Source: a virus (lineage: Duplodnaviria; Caudoviricetes). Taken from it: a stretch of 64,000 bases of DNA. The position numbers were made by a program, and so were the translations under genes. Location: the IMG/VR virus record IMGVR_UViG_3300025872_000041, positions 32,001 through 96,000 of that record, one strand, 5' to 3'. The notes beneath the pieces are model-generated. The model saw only the letters and a list, made by a program, of their open reading frames with translations, was not told where the DNA came from and did no database searches. Position 1 is the stretch's first letter, and each line of letters opens with the position of its first letter. Of this stretch, positions 40,002 through 54,600 are shown in pieces.

Positions 40002-40055
40002 ATCTTAGAGGTTTAATAGTTTAACTTTATATTTGTTATATTTATAATATAGATA

Positions 40056-42617
40056 ATGGCTAGTTACATTCAAGGTCTTACCGATTATATACCAAAGGCT
40101 GAACCTTACAAACCTAATTTTGATTTTCTTAATACGGTTTTAGCAACAAGACAGGCTAGGTATGATAGCGCACTTAATCAATTAAGTGGCGCTTATGGTA
40201 GTATTGTATATGCTGATCTTACAAGAGATGATAATAGAGAAGCAAGAGATAATTTCTTGAAGAACTCTGAAAAAGCTATTCAGCAAATTACATCTTTAGA
40301 TCTCTCTGATCCTGCTAATGTACAATTAGCTCAGCAAGTATTCCAACCTTTTGTAGATGATAAAAAGATGCAGTATGACATCATGTTTACTAAAGGTATT
40401 AAACAAGGCCAACAACAAGCTGAAATATTTAAAAACTCTCTTGATCCAGAAATTAGTTCTAAATATTGGGATGCTGGGATTAGAGGTTTGCAGTATAGAC
40501 AATTAGAATTTAAAAGTGCATCTCAAGATAAAGCCTATAAAATGGCCATGCCTAAGTATGTTCCTTATGTAAATATCATGAATAAAGCCAGAGAACTGGT
40601 TGGTGATGATTTTAAAAACATTAAGATAGAACAAACTATAGGTGGATATGATGTTACTACTACCGGTGGTGAAGCTGCTAAACCAGTTATTGCTCAATAT
40701 CTTAGTATGGCATTAGCTGATGATCCTTCTGTAAAAGCATATGCAAATGAGTTAGCATATGTAAATTCTATGAGTGCCATTACACAGTTAGCTGAACAAA
40801 AATTCAATGGTGATATAGATCAAGCTGCTGCAGAATATTATGTTACAAATGCTGATACATTTCTTAAGAATGATAGAAATAGATTAGAGGATCTTGAAGA
40901 TGGTTATTCACAATATCAAGCTAAAGTAGATATATATGAGTCTAGATTAAATCGTGGTGGTAGATTGACTCCAAAAGAACAACAAGAGTATCAAGCAACT
41001 GTTGCAAAAAGAGATGGTTTTGAAAAAGCTAAAACTAATCTTTCTGATAGAATATCTCAAATTGTTACTGCTATTAATGATGAGGATATAGATTTGTTAT
41101 CTAGAGCTATTAGATCTTCTGATGCTAGTTCTTATATTTCTAATGAAATTGGTAAAGCAACTGAAGTAGAAGCCTATAGAAATTACCAGATAGAAAAAGA
41201 AGCTAATGCTTATTCAAAGATTAATTATGAAAAAGCTTTAGATTTTTCTTATTGGACTAAGAAAGAAAAGATTCAACAAGACTTTCAGCGTGAGATGAAG
41301 ATGCTAGAGACTGGTGGCTTTGATGATTTTACTACTGGTGCTGTTAAAACTGAAGCTAGTACAGAAGATGCGTTTGTTTCAGATAGAGCTGAGTTTAATA
41401 ATAGCTGGAAAGGATTTGGTAACAGTGTATATGAATTAACTAATTCTATTTCTAGTATTAATGATGCTAAGTTAAATAGTGCAGTAGGTAATGTTTTAAA
41501 AAGCGCTGGTGTTAACATGGCTACTTTAAAACAGGGTAATGTATCATTAACCTCTCTTAATAAAATCTTTAATGGTATTCAAGATATGATTAAAGCTGAT
41601 CCTTCTTTAGCCAAGAATTTAGCACCCGCTTTAATTACAGCTAATGATAAGCGTCAATTGGCTTATAGTAATATTAGTGCATTAAATACTAATAACAGAG
41701 TTATTGCTGCTAATATGAAAGCTTCTGGAAATTACATTCCAACATTTGTTGATTATGTATTTGCTAAAGATGGTTCTTTAAGAGATGCTAAATCAGCTTA
41801 CGCAACAGCTCTTGCTACTAATCCTAATATTGATGCTGATGACTTTATGGATGACTATGAAGATTTTATAGAAGATTATCAAGAAAAATATATTGATCTC
41901 TCTAAAAATCAAGCTGGTTATAAAGTTGTAGGTACGGCTGGTCCTGGTAGTTATATTAGTAATAATATTCAAGGTATTGCTGACTTTACTAAACCGTCTT
42001 CTAAATTAACTTTAGGATTAAGATCTGCATTAAGTGATGTTTTAAACTCTGATTCTAGAATTGCAATTGGTACACCTGCTGATGTAGCTTCTGCTAGTGA
42101 TCGTGTATTTAATAATATTGAAGACAATCAAGTACTTAGAGGTTATCTAAATACATTAGTATCTGATGCTAGAGCTAATAAGCAGAGTGTTAGTTATTCT
42201 TATCAGTCACGTGCTTTAGGTAATCAAGGTTATCAATCTTTAACAGTTAGACCTGGTGCATCAGATCCTACATTAAAAGCTCTTAAAGAGGCTGGTAGTA
42301 TTAGTGATGCTGACTATAATAGAATTATTAGTACTGGTGTAACTGCAATTATTTCCGCAGCTCAAGCAACTAACCTTATTTCTTCTAGATTACAGAAGGA
42401 TGAGAGACAAGTGATTTTAGATAATGTTGGTACATATAGATATATTAATCCTAACGGAAATATAGATATGACCTTTACAAAGAATCCAAATGGCAGTATT
42501 ACTGCTACAGGTACTATGTATGATAGTAGAAAAGGAATGACTGATATATTTACTCAGAATAATCTGAATAACATTAGCTTCAGCAATCTCCTTAATAGTT
42601 TTGATGCAATTAGATAA
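40056..42617 (+). CDS. Putative virion cargo/ejection protein, helical with coiled coil
   Basis: N-terminal PYKPNFDFL...RQARYD followed by long helical regions; directly upstream of the virion RNAP. Confidence 0.6.
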   Translation: MASYIQGLTDYIPKAEPYKPNFDFLNTVLATRQARYDSALNQLSGAYGSIVYADLTRDDNREARDNFLKNSEKAIQQITSLDLSDPANVQLAQQVFQPFVDDKKMQYDIMFTKGIKQGQQQAEIFKNSLDPEISSKYWDAGIRGLQYRQLEFKSASQDKAYKMAMPKYVPYVNIMNKARELVGDDFKNIKIEQTIGGYDVTTTGGEAAKPVIAQYLSMALADDPSVKAYANELAYVNSMSAITQLAEQKFNGDIDQAAAEYYVTNADTFLKNDRNRLEDLEDGYSQYQAKVDIYESRLNRGGRLTPKEQQEYQATVAKRDGFEKAKTNLSDRISQIVTAINDEDIDLLSRAIRSSDASSYISNEIGKATEVEAYRNYQIEKEANAYSKINYEKALDFSYWTKKEKIQQDFQREMKMLETGGFDDFTTGAVKTEASTEDAFVSDRAEFNNSWKGFGNSVYELTNSISSINDAKLNSAVGNVLKSAGVNMATLKQGNVSLTSLNKIFNGIQDMIKADPSLAKNLAPALITANDKRQLAYSNISALNTNNRVIAANMKASGNYIPTFVDYVFAKDGSLRDAKSAYATALATNPNIDADDFMDDYEDFIEDYQEKYIDLSKNQAGYKVVGTAGPGSYISNNIQGIADFTKPSSKLTLGLRSALSDVLNSDSRIAIGTPADVASASDRVFNNIEDNQVLRGYLNTLVSDARANKQSVSYSYQSRALGNQGYQSLTVRPGASDPTLKALKEAGSISDADYNRIISTGVTAIISAAQATNLISSRLQKDERQVILDNVGTYRYINPNGNIDMTFTKNPNGSITATGTMYDSRKGMTDIFTQNNLNNISFSNLLNSFDAIR

Positions 42618-42636
42618 TAAATTAAATTTGTTCTAA

Positions 42637-45600
42637 ATGGAAGAATTTGACAATGCAATTCCACCACTAGGTGTTGAACCCGGTTTGCCTTCTAACTTTG
42701 AAGGATCAGATGCTTTTCAAGCAAGTATTGCGCCAACTAATGAGCCGTTAATATCTGTAACTGATACCTATGCTGTTCCTGGAGTTCCAGTACCTTCAGC
42801 ATTTGGTAGCGTTGCTGTAGATTATGATCCTAGTAATCCTTTTGATGTTGCTAAACAAGCATTGACAAAACCTATTACTGAATCTGATGTTGCATTTGAG
42901 ACTTCAAAAGAAAAATATTTTCAGCCTGGGTATCAGCAAACAAACTTTGATAGATACTATAATGATAGTGATAACTTCTATAAGCTAGGATTTAATCCAT
43001 TAGCTAATAACGAAGCATTATATAATCAGAATAGAAGTTGGTATCAAGATTTATTTAGAGCAGCTGGTGGTATTCCTTCATTAGGATTATCTGTTGTTCA
43101 ATCAGGATATAGAAGTCTTGCCGATATGGCAACTGGTGATTTCTCTATGACTGATGAAACTGGTGCTAGAGAGTTCTCCCAGATTATGGCAGAACGCGGC
43201 AGCACTAGAGGTGGTGTATCTGGTTTTGCTTCTAATTTAGTTTTACAATCAGGATTTGTTGCAGGTATTGCAGCAGATTACTTAGCTACTGAAGCATTAC
43301 TTGCTGGTGCTGTAGGTTTATCTGAAGGTATGGCTCTTCCTGCAGCTCTTGCTGCTAGTGCTTCTAAAACAGCTGGTACTATTAGATCCATTTCTGCATT
43401 GTTTGATGCTAATACTGCTAGACAAGCTTACAATACAATTAAAGCTATGGATGTGGCTGCTATTGGTAGAGGTGCATTAAATGTAGCTGAAGCAACTGCT
43501 AAGAATATTGTTCCTAATACATTTAAGAATGTTAAGAGTTTCATTACTGCAGAAAGCCCTGTATTAGGATTAGCTAATTCAGTAAGAGGTGTTGCTGACT
43601 TTGTAAGAGATATGAAGCAGATTAGCTATGCTACTGCTGAAGCTTCTATGGAAGGCGGAGGAGTTAAAAATGATTTTATTGATAAACATATTAATCAATA
43701 CATTACTGAGAATGGAGTATATCCAGATCAAGATGTATTAAATAAGATTTATGAGAAGGCATCAGATGCTGGTTTTACAACTGGTATGATAAATGCACCC
43801 CTTATTCTTCTTACAAACAATATCACTTTTGATAACTTGTACAAAGGTCGTAAAAGCACATTAGGTAAAACAGCTTCAGGTATTGTAGAGGAAAGTAAAT
43901 TAACTGGAAAAACTTTAAGATTCTCAGAAAGAACCGGACAGTTTGAGACTATGGGTATAAGACAATCTTTTGCTGAAAGCATAAGAGGTCTTAAAACTCC
44001 AAAAACGTACATGCAGTTTGCTGGTGGTTATTTCTCTAAAAACTTATCTGAAGGTCTTCAGGAAATTTCTCAAGAGATTATTTCTGGAGCATCTACAGAT
44101 TACTATGAAAGATTATATGATACTCCAGAAGCTGGAGGTGTAGTAGCTTACTTAGCAGATGCTTATGATAATCTTAAAGATCAAGCATCAGCACAAGGTA
44201 TTGAAGTATTTGCTTCAGGATTTTTAATGGGAGGTCTTACCGGTATTTCTACTGCTGTAGCTAACAGAGCTTATGGTAGTAGTAAAAATATTATTGGTAA
44301 GATAGCACAAGCTAAGAACCCAGAAGAGTATAGAAAAGCTGTAGAAGAAGAGAGCGCTAGATTTAATAAGATTGCTGATGAATTAAATGATGCCATTAAT
44401 AATGGTAATAAAGTTCTTGCTCTTGATATAGATAATTTATTATTACAAATCAGAGGAGGTACTGATATGGTTAATGCTAGAAAATCATTTGATGAAAAAG
44501 CATTCCATGATATTAAAGACATAACTCGTTTTAATAGTATCTATACAGCTCTTCAAACTGACAAATATGATTTCTTAATTAAGAAATTACAGGACATGCA
44601 GCAAATGACCGGTGCAGAATTAAAAGAGGCATTTAGTTTAGCTGATGATGTTACAGATGATGAGGCCAAAAAAGTATTAGATATTACTATTGATAGAGCT
44701 GGTCAAATTAAAGATCAGTATGAGCAGTTCTCTGCATTTAAGAATCCTTTTAATCCTAATACTTATAGATCTGCTAATACTCCAGAATCCATTATTGGAT
44801 TTATTAATGAGTTACAAAGTTATAAAGGATTTGAAGAGGCCCGCAAAACTGCAGTATTTAGTTTACATGGTTTAGAACAAGCTAAGACACGTATGGCTGA
44901 TTTAACTAAACAGATGTCATCTATTGGTGGTGTTGCTGATTTAGGTTACTCTGATGTTACAGCTACCTTAAGTATTGCAGGTATTGATAATGAAATAAAC
45001 TTATTAACTGCAGAGATTGAATCTAGTAAAGATATAACTGATCCGGGTCTTATTGAGATTAATGATAATAAAAAGAAGAAGTTAAAAGCTTTAGAATCTT
45101 TAAAAACTAATCTTGCCCGTGTTGAAAATATTAATGATCCTGTAGAAGTAAGAAAGACTTCTTATTTAAAGAAAGCTTTTAATGACTACATGAAGGTTCT
45201 TTTAGATGAGAAAGGTACTGAACTCAGTCCTGCAGATCTAAATGAAGCATATAGAATCTTTACTGATTATTATGCACTCAATTATGATAAGACAAACTTT
45301 AATAAAGTCTTGGCTGACTTATATGATCCTAATAACTTTATTAAGCTTGCTGAAAGAGAGCGTACTTTAGTTGTTGCAAGAGATAAAAGAAGAGCTGAGT
45401 TCTTTAAGAAAGCATTTAAAAAATATGCTGAGACATCTAAGATTGGTATATTTTTAAAAGCTTTAGCTACTGGTGGATTTGTTATTGATCTTAAGTATCT
45501 TAAAGCTTTAGATACTAATACATTTGATGAGCTTAAAGAACTTATTTTAAATGATCCGGATATTAAGTTTAGAGATCTAAATAGTAATAAGTTATTTGGT

Positions 45601-48600
45601 AAAGAAGATCCAAGATTTCAAAATATTAAATCTTTTGTATCTGACTTTGAAGTAAAAACAAAAGCTGAAGTAAAACAAACACCATCTGATACTAGTAAAC
45701 CCAAAGAGGCATCTCAATTTTCTACAGATACTACAGAAGAGGAAGAAGAACTTGGTTCAGAAGATATCACAGATGTAAGTGAATTTACACAAACTATTGT
45801 ACGTAGAGCATATGATGATTACTTAAAGGCTTTAAAAGAAGCAGACATACCTGTATCATTTGAAGAGTTTGCAACAAGTAAAAAAGCTGTTAGTATTATT
45901 AATGCTCTAACAGAGTTAGAAGCAGCTTATGATGCTATTACGGAAACTAAACCTGAGTTTACTGAATGGTTAAGAGTAAATGCAAGAACCCCTGTAGTAT
46001 TTGATGTACTAGATAAAAATGGTGTAACTTTCTCAGATATCTTTATTCAACAAAGAGATGAGAATCAATATATTACTACAGCATTAGAAGAAGGTGAAAG
46101 TATTGTATCTTCTGGATATAATGGGGTTTTTATAACTAAACTTGTAGGATCTATTGAAGGCGGAGAAGGTGTAGATATTTATTTTGTAAAGTTAAACGAT
46201 GGCACTATGGCCATTGATGCTACTAATAAGCCTGATGAACTAATTGATTTTGAAATAGATATTTATACAAGTTTAGAGAAAGCTCAAAAAGCTCAAAAAG
46301 CAATTGGTGATTATTTAGCTAATAATAAAAAACAATTTGTATTTGACAATACTCCATTAGTTAATGGTCAGATTATATCTGATAATAAAAATAATGAATA
46401 TGTAGTTTTATCTTATCCTTCAGAAATTGCTGCTGGCTCTAATCTTAAACTTAAAAACTTAAAGACCGGAGCTATTCTAACTACTAAATCTTTTACAGGA
46501 TTTAAATTAGAGAGAGTACCTGTTGAAAAGAAAGAATATGCTTCAAGATTTGATTCTACTAGTGTATTAGATAGAGCTTGGGGTAAAAGAATGGAGAATG
46601 AATCTCAGAAAGATGCAACAGCACGTCTAAGTAATTTATTAAGAGATACTCCTATTGAAGAATTACTTAGTGGTCTTAGTATTAGATTTACTAATCTTAA
46701 TAAATCTCCTGAGAGATATGATTATCTTAGGTTACCAGATCAGAAAGAAAATCAATCGTTTGGTTTATTTACTGATTCTTATGCAATTGCATTAGTATTT
46801 AATGGTGAAGAGATTGGTTATTTACCTAATCCTACATCTTTCCAATTCTTAGATGTAAATGGTAATCCTATCTCTTATGATAGAATAAATGCTGATAGAG
46901 TTAAGCAAGCTTTCTATTTAAAGAATGGTAGATACAATCAAGCAGTTGCTGATATAAAAGCTAGTTATAAGAATAAAATTGCTTTATTAAATTATTTAAA
47001 ATCTAAACTTGGCAAAAATACATCTGTAGAAATTCCTTATTCAGATCTTAAGAAGGTTGCAAATATCAATATTGGTTTAGGATCTTATGAGTTCTTATCT
47101 CGTGATGAAGAAAGACCTAAGTTTTCTGGATTAACTTATAATACTATTAATGGTGGTATCTATGTAATTGATAGAAAAAATAAATATAAGAATGGTTCTA
47201 TTGTAACAGTAGAAGGTTCTCCTATTACAGATATTGATCCTGATTTATTAGAGTCAACCATTAAAGAAGTTGATGCTGCTAGGTATAAAAACGGTTATGA
47301 TACTTTACTTAACTATGGTAGATATGTAGCTGTTGTCAAACTACCTAATGGTAAAGTTAGATTTGTTGAGTTAACTACACCAGAACTTTCTTCTGAAGAG
47401 TTAAATACTTTAGCTGCTAGCATTAAAGAAAGAATTGAGTTAACTAAGAAAGAGAATATAGATGACGAGGGTAAACCATTAGCTCAGGAATATAATGATG
47501 TATGGAATGAAGATAATATTGGTAGTAAACTATTTATTTCTTTACCATTAAAAGATAGAGGTAAGTTTCTAGATATTTATGTTAGTCCTAACGGATCTTT
47601 AGTTTTAGACTTTGTAAATAAAAATTCTAGAGCTGATAAAATAACTCGTAAGAAAATTATTAATGACCCTCAGTTTAATACATTCTCTGAATTACTTACT
47701 TTACTAAATACTGCTATTAAAGAACATGATGCTGATGTAAAGTTACCAGCTAATAAAATGGATATTGTCCTTACTGGTAGATCATTTAAAGCAACTTTAC
47801 CAATGAACATTGATACATTACAGGTTCTAGATATGGAAGCTAGTGTAGGTGTTAATGTGGTTAAAGATGTATCTGTATATGTAGATATGCTTGAGCCAGC
47901 TTCTGATGTTCAAGCACAACCGTTATTACCAAAAACTCCAGATGATGTATTAGATATAGATACTTCTAATATTGATTTTAGTTCTGCTCCTCCTGATGCA
48001 AATATAAATCCAGAGTTATTAAGAGGTGTTGCACCTGTTCAAGTAAGTTCTGGAGATGCTCTAAGTAAAGTATTAGCTGCTCAAAAATCCATTCCTCAGC
48101 AGATTAAGCAGTTACAAGCTGAAGCTGATACTAAAACTGATGAAGTAAAAAAAGTATTATTAGCTCAAAGAGTTGCTGAGAAAGGTGAATTAACTACTGC
48201 TGATAAAAAAGAGATTAGGACAAAAGCTGAAAACTCTCCAGAAGTATTAGCTATTAAAGCTCAAATTAAAATCTTAACTGATTCTCTAGCATTAAAAGCA
48301 GTAAATACTGGTTACACTGAATCTGATGTAACTAATTTAACTGAGTTCTTAACCTGGGTACAAAATAATCTTCCGGACTTTGTGACTGTAGAAGATTTAA
48401 ATACTCTTAAGAATAACTTATATAAAGATGGTAAGACTGTGGGTGCATTTGTATCTTCATTGTCTAACATAGCTGGTAATGTAGAAGTAAATGGTACTAT
48501 ATATACATCCGCTAGTTCTCCATTTAAATATCATGAAGCTTTTCACGCAGTATTCCGTTTATTATTAAATGATGCTCAGATATCTAGATACTTAACAATT

Positions 48601-51600
48601 GCTAAAAAAGAGTTAAGAGATCAGTTGCGTAAAGAAGGTAAGTCATTCTCTTTAGCTAAAGAAGAGATGCGCTTATTAAATCCTCTTTATGCAGCAATGA
48701 GTGAGTCTCAGTTAGAAGAGAGAATGTATGAAGAGTACCTTGCTGATAAGTTTGATGCTTGGAAGCTTAATAAAAAAACAGAGACTAGTCATGTAAACAA
48801 AAGTTTATTTGCTAAAATTGTTGAGTTAATCAAGAAAATATTTAGCAGATTTACTAAGAACGAATTAAACTCTTTGTTTGATAATATTGATGCCGGTAAG
48901 TATAGAAATAGTAAAGTAGTCACTAATAGATTTACAAACTCTCCATTTGATATAAGCGAGCCAGTACTTAAAGCTATTAAGATTGGTACAGATATAATTG
49001 AAGATTCTACATTTTCTGCTGAAGGTGAAGTTAATTACATTAGAGTAGATAAGTACTTACCTGAACAAGAAGGTACTAGGTTAGCTGCAACTGTAGCTGC
49101 TCTCTATAATAACAAACTTAAAGATGCAGATAAGCAAACTAATACTGATGAGTTATTAGATTCTGTATTGGATAGTTATGAAGAACTTTATGATCCAGAG
49201 TTAGATCAGTATGTTGATTTAGATACTGCAACTTTTAACAAATTAAAAGAATATAAAGCTATATTTAGCAAAACTGAAAATAGAGAAATTCTTAAGGAGG
49301 CAGTACGTGAACATTTAGCTATTTTAAGTATTAAAGAAACTAATGAGCAAGATGCTTCAGATGATACTATAGATGAGTTAGGAGAAAGAGGTAAGCAGAA
49401 TTATACCGAGGGTGCTGCTAGTGTAGGTGGTTTTGGTAGTTTATCTAAGTTTTTAAGATCTTGGATATCTACTATTACATATCAAGCAGCTGATGAATTT
49501 GGTAATGTACAGTTCTTAGATGGTACACCTTATATCCAATCAGTGGATGGTTCTACAGTATATAATGGTATTCTTAAAGCAATTGCTGGAACTGAAGATA
49601 TTGAGGAGGTTCTTTTAAAACTTAATTTATATAAAGAAAGAAACTTTGAGTCTGGTAAAGTTATTGAAGAATTCTTTATTCAGACTGGAGTAACATTTGA
49701 TGAAGAAGGTAATCTTGATCTCTCTAATATTAAAAATAGTTATTTGTTCCAATCTTTTACAAAAGGTTTTGGTCAGTATGCTATTGACTATTTATTTATT
49801 AATAAGGATCTTAAAAAAGAGATTGCAAATATTATCTCTGCAAATAGAAAAGATTCTGGTAAAGTACAGTTTGATCAATGGTCACAAGCATACAGTAATG
49901 CTTATGAAAGTAAATTAACTCCAGAATTAAAAGCTAAAGCCAAAGTTGTTTTAACTAAGATTATGGGAGCAATGGCACCAACTAAGAAATATACTGATGA
50001 TGAATTAATCCAGCTAACTAATAAGTTATCTGTAGAATTAATGGAAGTATTGGGTATTTCTTTAAGTGGTATGTATTTATCTTATTCTATTGCAAGTATT
50101 ATAAATAATCTTACTCCTCAGCAAATTAAACTATTTAAAATATACTCTAATGTAACACCTATTACTAGAGGTGATATTGATGCTTTATATGGTTTAGTAG
50201 ATAGCGAAGAAAATCCTTTTATAAATATTCAATATGAAACAACTGTAGATGCTGAAACAGGAGAGGTTACTCAAGAAACAGAAGTACTAGAAGGTGGTGC
50301 TACTACACGTTTATATAATATGGCAAAAGCTAATGCTATATTTGATGAGTCTGTATATGCTACTAGCTGGAAAAATGCAGAAGGTCAATTAGTATATGTA
50401 CACCAATTACCATCATATCACTTAGTTAAGATAAATGAGATTAAGAAAGTCGGTGGTATTGAAGACTTATTAAAAGATCCATTCTTAGCAAATAACTATT
50501 TATTAAATGATCCAAATTTCTTAGCATCTCTTGATTTACTTACAGTTAAAAGAATAGATGGGCAAAAAGTAAGTAGTCTTAATGAGACAGAAGATGGTGA
50601 TGTAATTGAAAACAAACAACTTGAGGTTAACAGACGTGAGGGAACTACATATGGTAGTTTTACTCCTGAAGAATTTATTGTTAGTTTACTTGATTTATAT
50701 TCTGCCGGAGATGTACAAGAAAGAAATAAAGTTAAGTTTGGTATATCTACTCATCTTATTCGTGTTCTAGAAGCATCTAGTACCGGTAACGTAATTAATT
50801 TACCTGTAATTAAAGCCGCTGCTAAAGTATCTGGTAAAAATACTTTAACCAAACAAGCACAAGATGCATTACTTGGTTTTGTAGAACAAGAATATAATCG
50901 TATTCAAAGAGTAGCTAATGGTGAATTTACAGATGAGATTTATGATTTTAATACTGGTAAGATGCGCGGTCTTACATTATTTAAGACTGGTAAACTAATA
51001 AGTGAGGATTTAAAGAATGAATTAGAAGCACAAGCTCAAGAGAATTTACCTATAAGTGAACAACAAAAAGCACAGATTAAAAAAGAGATGACTCAGTCTA
51101 TGCTTAATGATGTAAATTTCTTAATCACTTTGTTAGATGAAGATAATATTTTACAAGTAGAAGATGGTAAAGTAACTAAATCTGCATTAGCATCTTTTGT
51201 AACTAAAGGTTTTACTAATAAAGATAAAAAGAAATCTACTGATAAAACTAAAAACAGTATATTTAATTTAGCAAAAGATGATTACAGATATAATCTTTTA
51301 CAGATCTATGTAAATGATTTTATTAATACTACTGCTATTAACCAATTAATGCATGGTGATCATGCTATATCATTTAAGGATGCTGTAGATGAAATTAAAC
51401 GTGCTAAAGGATCTAATGCTACTGGTTCTAATATTGAAGCAGTTATAACTGATGAAAAACTAGGTATCAAGCATGCATTTAAAACTGCTCATGTAGTTAC
51501 TATTTCAGATCCTTTATTTCAAGCTAAATATGCAGGTGGTAAAGGAGAAAAAGCAAATGCTCAGATGTGGATGAGTGTAAAAGCTTTACGTTATACATTA

Positions 51601-54600
51601 TTTGGTTTAGGTAAACTATCTCCTATTCAAGCTGAGTTATTAAACAAAATTGAAAATGGTGAAACAGTAACTGGTGATTTCTTCTTTGGTGATGAAAAAC
51701 ATAAAGGTGCTGTCTCATTTGATGCTGCTACTAATTCTATTAAGTTAGTATATTTTGATGGTCAAACATATATTAAGACATCTGGTTTTGTACTAACTAA
51801 AGAGTTTACTTCTTATGGTAAAAACTTTGATCAAGCTTTACCTGGTAAAGAACCATTACACAATTTACGTAAGACTCTTGAAGCTTATGAAGCAAATAAA
51901 GAAACTGTAAGTTTAGCAATTCCAGTATCTGCATCTAAAGGTAAAAAGATAAATGTAGCTAGTGATGTAAATAGTATTACAGATGCTAATTTTATTGAGA
52001 CTAGCACTAAATATTGGAGATTACAATTAGAGAATCCTTCTAATAAAATAATAATTACAGATACAACTCAAATTAAAACAATTCTTACAGCAGAACAAGA
52101 TGATGAGACGCTAGTTAATTTTATGGGTACTGATATTTCGGTTGGAGATCTTAAAAAGATTTATCAAAATGCATCTATTAACCGAGTTAAGATTAATTAT
52201 ATTGGTAAAAGAAATGCAATCTTTACTTTAGATTCAGGATTAGAAGAAGTTAAAAAATCTATTGCAGCTGGAACAGTAACTCCTAAACTTGCAGCATTCC
52301 AAAAATATGCTATTGAGACATTAAAATCTTCAGCAGGTGATGCTCAAATGATTGAGTTCTTTGAACTAGATGAGCAAGGAGAGCCCAAGTATGATCTTAA
52401 CTCACCTATTACTATTGATAAGTTTGTTGAGTTGTTCTTATCATATTTCTCTAAAGGTGTCTTATCTGAAAAAGTTCCAGGACATGCTGTAGCATTGGTA
52501 TCTGATTATGGTGTAAAGCAACTTAAAAAAGTACTAGAGTTGGATGAGAATGGTCAACCAAAGAGATGGGAGATTGTAAGAGTTGAGGAATTTAAACTTA
52601 ATCCTTCTAAGTATGGTACACCTAAAACTCAAGCTGATCTAGAAAATAGAACATTTAATGATTTACAAGTAGGTGATTATTATGTAGATGACTTAAGACA
52701 TAACGTACCTGAGTATGATGAAAATGGTAATATTACTGGATACTTTACTGAGTTTATTATGCCAGCTCACTTTAAAGAGTTATTAAGTTTTATTAAGCCC
52801 GGTGATAAAATACCAGATGCTGTAGCTAAGATGTTCGGTGTACGTATTCCTTCACAGGATAAACACTCTGCAGTAGCTCTCAAACTTGTAGATTTTATGC
52901 CAGTATATTATGGATCATCTGCAGTATTTCCACAAGAACTTATTGAGATATCTGGAGCTGACTTTGATATTGATAAACTCTATATAGCCATTCAAGAATG
53001 GTTAGTAGAGAATGGTAAATTTGTAGCCTATGGTAGTGGAACTACTAAGACAGAAAAATTTAATCAGTTTGTAAAATATCAATTTAGTAAGAATAAAGAA
53101 TTTAGAAAGATATATAATGATTATTATAAGGCTTTTGAAAAAGAAGCTAAAGAATTTAAAGAGTATGCTGCTGATTATTTAGATGAGTTAGATATTATTG
53201 ATGAGAATGCTACTACTTTAGATTTTAATAAAAAAGAAATTATTCAAGCAGCTTTACAATATTTAAATCTTCCATCCACTGCAGATGAGTATAATACTAA
53301 AGTAGAAAAGTTAGGATATGAACCTTATCAAGGAGCCCTTAATAATGTAATTGTAAATGGACGTATTGCTTTATTAAATAATTCTGCTATGGTTACTGCA
53401 AAAGAAGGAGAGATTCCTAAAGCATTTCAGGTAGCTACTGTACAACCCCTTATTGATATAGTTAAAAGCTTCACTGAGCAGTTTCCTGAACTTAAAGATC
53501 AATTAGAAGAAGGTAAATATAATATTGATACTCTACTTGGTAAGTACTATGCGTTTAGAAATAATAAAGAAGGTGCTAGAAACATTGGACCAGCGGTTAA
53601 CTCTTTACTTGTTTATTCATTATTAAATGCTAATAATATTGATATTAGAAAAGCAAGTACTTATACAGATGAAACAGGTGAGAAGATAGATCTTACTAAT
53701 TTAAGATTTAAGCTTAATGGTAAAGAGTTTGATACATATAGTGAGACTAAAGCTTATGATCCAAAAACTGGAAAATATGATGGTAAGAGAATAGCTGATA
53801 TTCTATCTGCTTTAGTATCAGCTATGACAGATAACGCTAAAGAACGTCTTGCTGCTAAATTAAATCTTAATATAGATTCATTAGGTGTTGTAGCTAATAT
53901 GGTAGCCCAGGGTGTATCATTAGAGGATAGCTTACTATTCATCAATCAACCGGCAATACGTAAGTTCTATAAAACTTTAAGAACAAATAAATCTTCATAT
54001 GCTACAGATGCTGAAAGAAAAACAGGAAAAAATACTATTATTAAAAATCTAATAGAAGGTTATGATGTAAAAGAAATTCCTACTAATATTACAACAGAAG
54101 ATCTTATTGCTGGCATTAAAAGAAATACTCCTGAAATTCAAGTATATGTACTTAATAGTTTTAAAACTTTAAATCTGCAAGCAGATACTTTTATGAATAT
54201 ATCTGCAGTATTAAAAGTAAATAAGGGATTACCTAAAGATCTTACAGAGTTTGATGAAATCTATGATAAGGCTGTAGATTTAGGTTTAGAGATGACAGAT
54301 AAAGAGTTTGAGACTAGCTCAATACCATTTGATATTCGTCCTTTATTACGTAATCAGAATACAACTTTTGGATTTAACTTTACTGTATATAGAGAGATTA
54401 GATCTCTAACCGGTAGTGTTATGTTAAATCGTACACCTGTAGTTAATAGGATGCGTGATATAGTATTAGCAAATACAGAGGTTAACTTTAGAGACCGTCA
54501 AAACTTTAAAAAGTCATTAGACCAAAACTTAATTTCTTTCTTTGCTATTAAAGCTTATCTTAATATTTTAAATAAAGGCGGTTACAAAAGAGCTTTAGCT